Under the pieces are notes generated by a model. The model was not told where the DNA came from. It was given only the letters and a program-made list of their open reading frames with translations, and did no database searches. From Eledone cirrhosa (lineage: Eukaryota): a stretch of 64,000 nucleotides of DNA. This document shows, piece after piece, positions 24,606 through 35,807 of this stretch (its first letter is position 1; each line of letters begins with the position of its first letter). Made by a program: the position numbers and the translations under genes. The stretch is from NCBI GenBank assembly GCA_964016885.1, contig OZ024757.1, forward strand, positions 22,320,001 through 22,384,000. The letters run 5' to 3'.

Positions 24606-25601
24606 TTAACCCTTTAATGTTCAAACCGGCCAGAATTCTCTACCTCATTCTGTTGAAACTGGCTGTAACTGGTCACTCAAACTGATGTTAAGGTATTGTT
24701 CTCAAAATAAATAATTTCAAAATCTCATAGATTCGATATTATGTGAGATATTTATGTGAGGTAAAGCCTTTACCATGAAAATATAATAGTATATATAGAG
24801 TAATGTGAATGTTATGTGAGGTATTATGTGAGGTAAAGCCTTTACCATGAAAATATAATAGTATATATAGAGTAATGTGAATGTTATGTGAGATATTATG
24901 TGAGGTAAAGCCTTTACCATGAAAATATAATAGTATATATAGAGTAATGTGAATGTTATGTGAGATATTATGTGAGGTAAAGCCTTTACCATGAAAATAT
25001 AATAGTATATATAGAGTAATGTGAATGTTATGTAAGATATTATGTGAGGTAAAGCCTTTACCATGAACATATAATAATATATATAGAGTAATGTGAATGT
25101 TATGTGAGATATTATGTGAGGTAAAGCCTTTACCAAGAAAATATAATATATATAGAGTAATGTGAATGTTATGTGAGATATTATGTGAGGTAAAGCCTTT
25201 ACCATGAAAATATAATAGTATATATAGAGTAATGTGAATGTTATGCGAGATATTATGTGGGGTAAAGCCTTTACCATGAAAATATAATAGTATATATAGA
25301 GTAATGTGAGATATTATGTGAGGTAAAGCATTTACCATGAAAATATAATAGTATATATAGAGTAATGTGAATGTTATGCGAGATATTATGTGAGGTAAAG
25401 CCTTTACCATGAAAATATAATAATATATATAGAGTAATGTGAATGTTATGTGAGATATTATGTGAGGTAAAGCCTTTACCATGAAAATATAATAGTATAT
25501 ATAGAGTATTGTGAATGTTATGTCAGGTATTATGTGAGGTAAAGCATTTACCATGAAAATATAATAGTATATATAGAGTATTGTGAATGCTAAAGGGTTA
25601 A
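24606..25601 (-). mobile_element. piggyBac-type MITE with ~12 tandem copies of a 72-bp internal unit
   Basis: TTAAccc...gggTTAA ends. Unit tattatgtgaggtaaagcctttaccatgaaaatataatagtatatatagagtaatgtgaatgttatgtgaga. Confidence 0.9.
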
Positions 25602-25667
25602 TATTACATAATAGAAAACAGCATTTTCTCCTTCCCCCAAATTGTTGGCTTATTATTACTATTAGTA

Positions 25668-25862
25668 AGGCGGTGGATTGGCAGTCTCAGTAGCGGGTCG
25701 GACGCCATGCTTTGCCGCATAGAGTTACGCCCTTTTGCATTCTGAGTTCAAATCCCGCCTAGTTTAACCTTGCCTTTCATCCTTACGGGGTCGATAAAAT
25801 AAAGGTACCAGTAATGCACCGGGTAATTGCTGGCCTTGAGCCAAGAGTAGAAACAATTATTA
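25668..25862 (+). mobile_element. SINE family B, full length
   Basis: ggcggtggattggcag... through gaaacaattatt. Confidence 0.9.
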
Positions 25863-26094
25863 CTATTAGTAGTATCTAAGGTAGAAATGGTGGTACCCTT
25901 CACCTCAACACACTTTGCTGGCCTTGTGTCTAATTCAGAAATCGATATTTATAAAATAACATCCTAGAATCACACAACTCTCTGAACCTTCCCCTCTCCA
26001 AATCCATGTGTTATTGTAGCATTATTTTACAGTTTCCTTCCTGGGAGAATCAACAACTAATTTTAGACAGTTTTATTCTCTTTAATAAAAACCC

Positions 26095-26735
26095 CACCAC
26101 AACCACCACATCCTAGTTTCACAACCACCACATCCCAGCCCCACAACCACCACATCCCAGTTTGACAACCACCACATGTCAGCCTCACTACCATCACACC
26201 CCAGCCTCACAACCACCACGTCCCAGTTTCACAACCACCACATCCATCCCCACAACCACCACATCCCAGTCTCACAACCACCACATGCCAGTTTGACAAC
26301 CACCACATGTCAGCCTCACTACCATCACACCCCAGCCTCACAACCACCACGTCCCAGTTTCACAACCACCACATCCATCCCCACAACCACCACATCCCAG
26401 TCTCACAACCACCACATCCCAGTTTGACAACCACCACACCCCAGCCTCACAACCACCATATCACACCCCAGCCCCACAACCATCACACCCCAGCCTCACA
26501 ACCACCATATCACACCCCAGCCCCACAACCACCACATCACACCCCAGCCCCACAACCACCACACCCCAGCCTTACAACCACCACACCCCAGCTTCACAAC
26601 CACCACACCCATATCCCAGCCCCACAACCACCACACCACAGCCTCACAACCACCACACCCAGCCCCACAACATCCCACTCCAGCCCCACAACCACCACAT
26701 CACACCCCAGCTCCACAACCACCACTTCCCAGCCC
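26095..26735. repeat. cacaaccaccacatcccag-type minisatellite
   Basis: About 20-26-bp degenerate unit. Confidence 0.85.
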
Positions 26736-27409
26736 CATTTTTTTAATGTCTTTTTCTGGTCTGTAATTTTAATCTCTTGTCTTACATGGAAAGGTGGAGG
26801 TGGTCATTTATTTTATTTAGATTTATTTAAAATCTATTTAAAATTCATTTAATTCTGAATGAGAAAAGATTGGTGTGTGTGAGTGTGAGTGAGTGTGTGT
26901 GTTTCTCATTTTGTTCAGTTTTACATTTGGTGGTGGGCGGTGGTGGTGGTGTTAGTGTAAGTAGTAGTGATGGTGATGATGGTGGTGGTGGAACAGAGTT
27001 AGGGGTGGTGTTAGGGGTGGTGGCAGTGATGGTGGTGGCAGTGGTGGTGATGGTGGTGGCAGTGGTGGTGATGGTGGTGGCAGTGGTGGTGATGGTGGTG
27101 GCAGTGGTGGTGATGGTGGAGGCAGTGGTGGTGGTGGTGGTGGTGATTGCCATAACACCATGAGAGAATGAGGAAGTATGAAGATGGAATGGTGGGGGTG
27201 GGGGGTTGTTGGTGGTATTGGGTGGAGGTGGTGTTAATGTTGGTAGTGATGGAGGTGGCAGAGGTGGTGTTAATGGTGGTGGTGGTGGAGGTGGCAACAG
27301 AGATGGTTGCGTCACAAAGATGAGCATGAAATTAATGTAATGTGTTGATATTTGATATATCTTTCCACAGATGCAGCAGTGGCTGTTTGAAATGACAGTT
27401 ATTATCTTA

Positions 27410-27447
<38 letters not shown>

Positions 27448-27476
27448 GATCAAAAGATGGTTAAAGGAGTTCCATG

Positions 27477-27547
27477 TATTTTATTATGCACATTTCAAAA
27501 ACAAACATCATCATGCAATAATATTTGTGTTTTCATCAGATAAAACA
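27477..27547 (-). ncRNA. Minimal type I hammerhead ribozyme (HHR-3a)
   Basis: Reverse copy of HHR-3b with stem III tgtgca instead of tgcgca. Confidence 0.8.
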
Positions 27548-27713
27548 GGAGAACATGATATGAAGGCTAAAAAACACTTGTGGATAGTGCAGTTTTAAAT
27601 CAACATATGTTGATTTAAAACTGATTTAAAACTGCACTATCCACAAGTGTTTTAAAACTAATTTAAAACTGCACTATCCACAAGTGTTTTTTAGCCTTCA
27701 TATCATGTTCTCC

Positions 27714-27784
27714 TGTTTTATCTGATGAAAACACAAATATTATTGCATGATGATGTTTGTTTTTGAAATGCGCATAATAAAATA
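27714..27784 (+). ncRNA. Minimal type I hammerhead ribozyme (HHR-3b)
   Basis: tgttttat-CTGATGA-aaacacaaatattat tgcatg atgatgtttgttttt-GAAA-tgcgca-TA^ataaaata. Stem I is 8 bp, stem II 15 bp, and stem III is palindromic. Confidence 0.87.
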
Positions 27785-27905
27785 CATGGAACTCCTTTAA
27801 CCATCTTTTGATCTTATATTATGTATACTCCAGTCCTACAAACTGTAGAGTGCTTCTTATCCGATATCTGCATTGCTTTATTGTACTACAATAAAACTCA
27901 CCTCC

Positions 27906-27950
<45 letters not shown>

Positions 27951-28158
27951 ATATATACACAATAGTACAGCATAGTCGAAGTTCGAGCCGCAGCTAAGCC
28001 AACAAATGCCTTCAGCAGTGCAGCCAAGCACTCAATGAGGAATAGACCTCAGAGTAATAACATACAGTTTAAAGGGCTTCGCAAATTGAAGATAGCGACC
28101 GCTAATTCAGCCGCGTTATCTGTAGCAACGAAAGAACTGACTAGTGAGAAAAGGAAAT

Positions 28159-28195
<37 letters not shown>

Positions 28196-28308
28196 AAAAT
28201 ATACATACATATATGCACATATCTGTATATATAACATACCTGGACCGTCTCTTCGAAATTACTGAATATCCAAGTGAGGTTTCTGTAAATCCGAAATATA
28301 TATATATA

Positions 28309-28343
<35 letters not shown>

Positions 28344-28365
28344 GTAAATATATATATATATATAG

Positions 28366-28763
28366 TGAAGGCACATGGCTTAGTGGTTAGAGCATTGGGC
28401 TTGCAATCGAAAGGTTGTGAGTTCAATTCTCAGACCGGGTGATGTGTTGTTTCCTTGATCAAGACACTTTATTTCACATTGCTCCAGTTTACACAGCTGT
28501 AGAAATGAGATGATAGGGACTGGGGTCCCTATCATTCCACTGCAAAGTGGTCGTGGTGGTGCCACGGAAAAAAAGCACCCAGCACTCACTGTAAATGAGG
28601 TTGGTGTTAGGAAGGGCATCCAGCTGTAGAAATTAAGCCAAAATTAGTTCTCGTATGAGCAAGACAAGGTCAGCCAACCGGACACTGCCCACAACAGGAC
28701 AACCCGTCTAACCCATGCTAGCATGGAAGAACGGACGTAAAACGGTGATGATGATGATGATGA
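28366..28763 (+). mobile_element. SINE family A variant with alternative RTE-type tail
   Basis: Family A head and body followed by the tail ...ggacaacccgtctaacccatgctagcatggaagaacggacgtaaaacggtgatg, which also occurs at 41940-42055. Confidence 0.88.
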
Positions 28764-28813
28764 TAGTTGTATTAGTTGTGGTATCTATCTCTCTCTCATA
28801 TATATATATATAT

Positions 28814-29045
28814 ATAGGAAAATGTATGACCCCCGACGGCAGAGCTCAAGCCGTTTCGACGGCTATTTCTGGAGTAAATAAGAATTTTTAGAAAAAATTC
28901 TAATTTAGTCCAGAAATAGCCGTCGAAACAGCTTGAGCTCTGCCGTCGGGGTCATACATTTTCCTATTACCCACTCTACTACCCTAAGTATTGAGTACTC
29001 TGGTGCGTTATGGTCCATCTGGTTCCTTACCACAACTTCTTTGTT
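28814..29045. mobile_element. Penelope-like family C fold-back copy
   Basis: Inverted repeat 28814-28967. Each arm has GAAAC(g/a)gc ttgagctct gccGTC ggggtc, the 3' half of a hammerhead. Flanked by (TA)n. Confidence 0.7.
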
Positions 29046-29103
29046 ATATATATATATATACATACATATATATATATATACATACATATATATATATATA
29101 TAA

Positions 29104-29171
<68 letters not shown>

Positions 29172-29197
29172 GTATATATATATGTACATGTATATAT

Positions 29198-29254
29198 GGG
29201 TCTTGTCTGATGATCCTGTGAGTATACAGATGAAACTCCAGAGTAACAAGATTC
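29198..29254 (+). ncRNA. Minimal type I hammerhead ribozyme (HHR-4)
   Basis: gggtcttgt-CTGATGA-tc ctgt gagtat acag at-GAAA-ctccagag-TA^acaagattc. Stem I is 9 bp, stem III is near-palindromic and the base of stem II is imperfect. Confidence 0.75.
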
Positions 29255-29527
29255 ACCACGTAGCCATATTAAAGAATATTCAAACTCTACTTTGGTGCAG
29301 AATACTCATTCTCGCGTCCATCAATATCATACATATATCTATTTATCTATCTATCTAGTTATCCATCATCATCAACATCATCATTTTACATCCATTTTTA
29401 TAAGCTTGCATGGGTTGGACGAGGTGTCTTGTGGGACGGTGTGCTTTTTGCTGTATCTTTTACACGACCACTTTACAGTGTGGGCTGGGTGCTTTTTTTA
29501 TTGTGACACCTACACAACTATCTATCG

Positions 29528-29616
<89 letters not shown>

Positions 29617-29843
29617 CGTGTGTGTAGTTCAAGAATAAACAAGACAAACACAGAGAACCAAAAACACAAATGTTTCTGTTATATTAAGCCTTATATTACA
29701 GATAGTAAATGTAAACGATCTATTTTTAGAATTATTGAACAATAAGAAGTTTGAGAATTTGAAAAGAAGCATCAAAGTTGTTTGGCTATGAAAAATAGTC
29801 TTATAAGTTGAAACATATGTTGTACAGCACCACCAGATTACAG

Positions 29844-30192
29844 TTAAACCTTTAGTGTTTAATCCAGCCATATCCAGCCATATTCACCCTTTTCTGTTCC
29901 AACCAGCTGTAACCAGCCGCTGATACTGATATTAAGGTATTGTTCTCAAAATAAATAATATCAAAATCTCATAGATTCGATATTATGTGAGATAATTATG
30001 TGAAGTAAAGCTTTTACCATGAAAATATAATTGTTTTACTTTAGGCACAAGGCCAGCAATTATCCAGTTCATTACTGGTACTTTATTTTATCGACCCCGT
30101 GAGGATGAAAGGCAAAGTCAACCTCGGCGGGATTTGAACTCAGATGAAAATATAATAGTATATATAGAGTAATGTAAATGGTAAAGGGTTAA
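29844..30192 (-). mobile_element. piggyBac-type MITE interrupted by SINE B fragment (~30030-30145)
   Basis: MITE sequence resumes after the SINE with atgaaaatataat duplicated on both sides (TSD-like). Confidence 0.8.
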
Positions 30193-30319
30193 GCTGTGCT
30201 TATAGAATGTTTAGTTGCTTTAGAATCTCCATTGTTGGCATTGGAGAAATAAAGGTTGGGCAGGAGTTACTAGTCAGATGGCAATCAATTATTTTAAATA
30301 TGTTTTTAAATATCTTCAG

Positions 30320-30364
30320 ACGTGACAACAGATGAACTCATTGAAAAATCACATGTTGAAATGT
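30320..30364 (+). CDS. Candidate 45-nt internal exon (phase 1-1), peptide VTTDELIEKSHVEM
   Basis: Non-repetitive island with acceptor atatcttcag, donor gtaaga and an open frame. No homology recognised. Confidence 0.3.
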
Positions 30365-30444
30365 GTAAGATGTCAGCTATTTCTAGGTGTAGCAGTTTTT
30401 CTTCTCTTCTGACTCATGAATTATTTTCATTAATAAGAGGAAAA

Positions 30445-31035
30445 GGGCAGTGGATTGGCAGTATCGGTAGAGCATTGGACAATATGCTTTGTGTCATAGA
30501 TGTATAACCCCTTACATTCTGAGGTCAAATCTCACCAAGGTTAGTTTTGCCTTTCATCCTTATGGGGTCGATAAAATAAAGCACCACTAATGTACTGGGG
30601 TTGATTTAATTGACTTTGGCATAGATGTATGACCCCTTACATTCTGAGGTCAAATCTCACCAAGGTTAGTTTTGCCTTTCATCCTTATGGGGTCGAAAAA
30701 ATGAAGCACCAGTAATGTACTGGGGTTGATTTAATCGACTTTGGCATAGATGTATGACCCCTTACATTCTGAGGTCAAATCTCACCAAGGTTAGTTTTGC
30801 CTTTCATCCTTATGGGGTCGACAAAATGAAGCACCAGTAATGTACTGGGGTTGATTTAATCGACTTTGGCATAGATGTATGTATGACCCCTTACATTCTG
30901 AGGTCAAATCTCACCAAGGTTAGTTTTGCCTTTCATCCTTATGGGGTCGATAAAATAAAGCACCAGTAATGTACTGGGGTTGATTTAATCGACTTTCCCT
31001 CTCTCCCCAAATTTCTGGCCTTGTGCCTATAGTAG
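30445..31035 (+). repeat. SINE B with four tandem copies of a ~125-bp internal segment
   Basis: catagatgtat starts at 30495, 30620, 30745 and 30870. Confidence 0.9.
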
Positions 31036-31139
31036 GAGTCATTGTTGAAAGGAAAAGGAGGGAAAGGACAAGGATTATCAAGCAACGAAAGAAAGAAAGG
31101 GGGAAGGGAAGAAGGTGACAGACGCTACACCTAAGTCAG

Positions 31140-31680
31140 AGTGGTGTTTCAGCTATGCCCAGTGGACAAAATGGCAAAGACATTGCTGTGGACAATTGCC
31201 AGCGACACCTGCTGCAACAGTCATCCCACCTTGTGGGGGGTCCTTCCTCAGATGGGTTGCTGTCATTCTGATTTTATGGAGGAGGTCAGCTGTATGGAAT
31301 TTGAGGATGCCTGTGGTCTTGACGGTAACCAGTGCAAAGAGAAAGCCACTGGACAAGCCCCGGTATATGCTTATCTTCCTGTCCTCTGAATTTCAGCCTG
31401 CTGTACCTGGATTTGTGGCCAAAGCAATTAGGTTGGAGGCAGAGAATGTGTCACAGCATGCAGATTAACACTTCCATAACCATGTTTCTAAGGGAAGACA
31501 CTACTTATGGTTTGAAACACTGGAAGAGGAAGATCAAGGTTAACGTATGTTGATGCCCTAAGGACAGACACTGGTCTGTTGGAGACGCAGGACATGGCAG
31601 CGACAATGAGGGACAGAGACCGCTGGAGAGAACTCATCCATGGATCTCGGGAATTTTACCCGCCCTAGATAGATAGATGG
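31140..31680 (+). mobile_element. RTE-X LINE derivative (3' coding end plus putative 5' part)
   Basis: GRGRSRLTYVDALRTDTGLLETQDMAATMRDRDRWRELI...* followed by (taga)n. The upstream motif gccagcRacacctgctgcaa is shared with 37575-37600. Confidence 0.7.
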
Positions 31681-31744
31681 TTTGAAAATAATCAAGAATT
31701 TGGAGAGATTTAGTAATATAACTAACTTTTCCTTTGCTAAGGGG

Positions 31745-32935
31745 AATCTGAAGCAAAGGTGATGACTGGATTTGTACAGACATGTAATGTGCATGGTTGG
31801 TGATCGCTGGGTGAAGAAGTGTCAGGAAATCATTGCAGAAGGAAGCTACAGTAAAGGTAGACCAAGAATGAGCTAGACAGACATGTAATGTGCATGGTTG
31901 GTGATCGCTGGGTGAAGAAGTGTCAGGAAATCACTGCAGAAGGAAGCTACAGTAAAGGTAGACCAAGAATGAGCTAGACAGACATGTAATGTGCATGGTT
32001 GGTGATCGCTGGGTGAAGAAGTGTCAGGAAATCACTGCAGAAGGAAGCTACAGTAAAGGTAGACCAAGAATGAGCTAGACAGACATGTGATGTGCATGGT
32101 TGGTGATCGCTGGGTGAAGAAGTGTCAGGAAATCACTGCAGAAGGAAGCTACAGTAAAGGTAGACCAAGAATGAGCTAGACAGACATGTAATGTGCATGG
32201 TTGGTGATCGCTGGGTGAAGAAATGTCAGGAAATCACTGCAGAAGGAAGCTACAGTAAAGGTAGACCAAGAATGAGCTAGACAGACATGTAATGTGCATG
32301 GTTGGTGATCGCTGGGTGAAGAAGTGTCAGGAAATCACTGCAGAAGGAAGCTACAGTAAAGGTAGACCAAGAATGAGCTAGACAGACATGTAATGTGCAT
32401 GGTTGGTGATCGCTGGGTGAAGAAGTGTCAGGAAATCACTGCAGAAGGAAGCTACAGTAAAGGTAGACCAAGAATGAGCTAGACAGACATGTGATGTGCA
32501 TGGTTGGTGATCGCTGGGTGAAGAAGTGTCAGGAAATCACTGCAGAAGGAAGCTACAGTAAAGGTAGACCAAGAATGAGCTAGACAGACATGTAATGTGC
32601 ATGGTTGGTGATCGCTGGGTGAAGAAGTGTCAGGAAATCACTGCAGAAGGAAGCTACAGTAAAGGTAGACCAAGAATGAGCTAGACAGACATGTAATGTG
32701 CATGGTTGGTGATCGCTGGGTGAAGAAGTGTCAGGAAATCACTGCAGAAGGAAGCTACAGTAAAGGTAGACCAAGAATGAGCTAGACAGAGGTGGTGAGA
32801 GCTGATCTCAGATTGCTGCGACACACAGAGGAGATGACAAAAGAGCATGGTGAGTGAAGAGATTCTGTGCTGAAAGGAACCCATCCAACCCATGCAATCA
32901 TGGAAAAACAGACACAAAAACAATGATGATGATAA
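31745..32935 (+). repeat. RTE LINE 3' end with ten tandem copies of a 101-bp internal segment
   Basis: gacatgt every 101 bp from 31779 to 32688. Homologous to 17670-17770, and the normal RTE tail resumes at about 32789. Confidence 0.92.
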
Positions 32936-33076
32936 CAAAGGTTCTTAGATAAAATTATGATGGAAGGGTTTTAGATAAATATAGATTCTTTAACCCTTTC
33001 ATAACTATCCAAATCATTTAAAAAATAATAAAGAATTTGAAGAGTTTTAAAATATAACCAACTGTCTCATTATTAA

Positions 33077-33222
33077 GCATAGAGTTACGGCCCTTGCCAT
33101 TCTAAGTTCAAATTCCGCCGAGGTTAACTTTGCCTTTCATCCTTACAGGGTCGATAAAATAAAGTACCAGTAATGCACTGGGATAATTGCTGGCCTTGTG
33201 CCAAAAGTAGAAACAATTATTA
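33077..33222 (+). mobile_element. SINE B, 5'-truncated, nested in an old TTAA-type MITE
   Basis: Family B body. attattaag occurs on both sides. Confidence 0.8.
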
Positions 33223-35123
33223 AGATGATACATGGGATAGAATTTAACAAAGGTTCTTAGGCAGAATTTTGGTGAAAGGTTTTTATATAAATATAAACAC
33301 TTAAAATTAAATGGTTTTGTATTGTAGAACCAGGGGCAGTTTTAGGTGGTTTGGTAACAAATGGCTAAGTTAAAATAAATTTCAAGGATTTACTAAAATC
33401 ATTAATTACTTAATTACTAAGCTAGTAACTTAATATGTGATCCTTAAAGAAAACTGGAAGATTTTAATTTAAATAGGAACCCTTAAAAATGTTTTTTTTT
33501 TGTTTCATGGAACTAGACCCAGTTTTGAGTGGATGGGTACCAAAATGTATAATGAAGAATTGTGAGGGAATTAACAAAATAATTATTTCCTTACTAACAA
33601 GGGCGGTGCCCCAGCATGGCCTCAGCCGGATGGCTGAAACAGGTAAAAGAGTAAAAGAGTAAGATAGTAACTTAATATATGGTTTTTATATAAAATTACT
33701 AGCTGAATTACTTGGTCTTGTCCGGGTTACTGTTGTTCTTATTCAGATTAGTAAACAATAAATAGGAAGATATGGTTTTTTTTTCTCATAAGATAGTAAC
33801 TTAACATATGGTTCTAATATAAAATTGTCTGAAAATCTTAATTTAAATAGGAATCGGTTTTGTTTCATAGAACTAAATCTGGTTTTGATTGAGTTGGTAT
33901 CAAAAAGGTTAAGAAGTTAAAATCAGGAAAGAAGGGTTACAGCAGGGAGAGGAATATATATTTTTATGGTTTTGTTTTTCATAGGGTGTAGAGTGGAAGA
34001 ACATACTTCAGATAGTTCAATATTTAAGATGGATGATTTTTGTGAATATATTCAGTAGAAAAGTGTGATAAAAAAAATCAGTAGTTGTTAGTGTCGTTAT
34101 TCTAAATTGGTGTTGGACTGCTGCCAATGAAAGATTGGTGAGAAGCAGAAGCCTTTGAAGAAATAACAGCGGCAAACAGCAAGGAAGAAAACACAGGGGT
34201 TATGGGGTTATAGTAATGATAAAGAAGGGAAATAAGAGGAAATATCCCAGTGTGATATATTTCTTTGATTTCCCTGCACCCTATTTATTCTGGTGAGAAT
34301 CAGAGTTGTGGCAAACAAATTGAATTAGATCTAATTTGAAAAGTAATTTTCTATCCAGTGAGCCTAGAGCAATGCAGTAGTCTTGACAATTGGCAAGAGA
34401 CTGTGTCACAGCTGTAGCAATGATAAGATCTGCTGGTGTATTCAGATCTACTGATGACTGTGGCACAGATATAACAATGTTTTATAGAAATAAAGACATA
34501 GTCATCCATATTTGGGGTGTCTGACAGTCTTATAATATCTAAGTTATTTAGATCTGGGGGGTTACTATGTTACACATATAGCAATGTTTCAATTACAATT
34601 GATATAAAGTCTGATATTTCATAGTATCTAAGTTATTCAGATCTGATGGACACTATTTCAGAGATCAGAGATATAGCCATGCTTTATAGAAGTAAAATCA
34701 GCCATGTATTTTTGAGTTGTTTGACAATCTCCTAGTATGTAAGCTACTCAGATCTGCTGGAAACTATGTCATACCAAATGCTATGCATGTCTTTATTTCT
34801 GTTAAAACATAGTTATACGTATTTAGTTGTCTGGCAGGGTCTTGTGCTATGTCAGTTATTCAGATCCATTTTTACTAGAAAAATTTGATTATATTTACAT
34901 ATTGGAAGTTGTTCTTGTCATTGAAGTTATTGAATAATGTTGACCAAATTTGATTGAACAGACCCTGGTCAAAAGAATAATCAATCAAATGTTCTAGAGA
35001 GATCAGCCGATACATAATGCATGGCATTTCCTTGGTTATTTACTTATTTATTTTATTATCACTTCCAACAATCTTGATATTTATCTTATCGATAACAGAG
35101 ATGCTACAGGAATCAGTTCTTAC

Positions 35124-35195
35124 ACTGAATTAGTTGCACTCCTTTGAGGTTGCATCTTATAGTAGGATTGTTGGGTGTTTTAATGATGGAGGCCC
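35124..35195 (-). CDS. Candidate 72-nt exon (phase 1-1), peptide ASIIKTPNNPTIRCNLKGVQLIQ
   Basis: Minus strand has a long pyrimidine tract plus cag acceptor, a gtaaga donor and one open frame. The strand conflicts with the other candidate exons. Confidence 0.22.
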
Positions 35196-35568
35196 CTGGA
35201 GGAGGAGAAGAAGGAGGAGGAGGAGATGGAGAAGGAGAAGATGAAGAAGAAGAAAAAGAAGAACTGTGGGTGAGTGTGATAGAGTTACCACTCTTGATGC
35301 CATTCCACTTAAAACCAGTTTTAGTTCTATGAAACAAAACCACCTACTTTAACATGTTCCTATTTAAATTAAAATCTTCCAACATTAGTTGATATAAGAA
35401 CAATATGTTAAGTAACTATTTTACTAATGAAATGATTAATAATTTTAGTAAAGCCCATACAATTCTTCAGTACTTAACTAAAAGAGAGCTTCAGTAGAAA
35501 TATGGACAGGGAAGGGTTAATTTACAGGTAAAAAATACATTTTTAAAGAATTGTTTTCATTATTTTGA

Positions 35569-35757
35569 GGGCGGTGGATTGGCAGTATCGGTAGAGAGTC
35601 GGTTGCCATGCTTTCCAGCATAGTTACGTCCCTTTACGATCTGAGTTCAAATCCCGCCGAGGTTCACTTTGCCTTTCATACTTACGGGGTCGATAAAATA
35701 AAGTACCAGTAATGTACTGGGTAATTGATGGCCTTCGGCCAAATGTAGAAACAATTG
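35569..35757 (+). mobile_element. SINE family B, full length
   Basis: Homology to the other copies. Confidence 0.9.
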
Positions 35758-35807
35758 TTTTGAAAATAAAACAAATTTATTTACAGCTACTCAGCATAAT
35801 GGGGTTC

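Larger units (their letters stand above)
27442..27819. mobile_element. Near-perfect palindrome (159-bp arms) carrying a hammerhead in each arm; Penelope-like inverted terminal repeat
   Basis: Arms 27442-27600 and 27661-27819 differ at one position. The element starts in a (TA)n tract. Confidence 0.85.

Noticed and set aside
26845-27453. Mucin- or proline-rich protein
   Set aside because: Translation of (GGT)-type microsatellite with no convincing exon boundaries.
34448-34475. ctgatga ctgtggcacag hammerhead
   Set aside because: Lacks GAAA after the hairpin.
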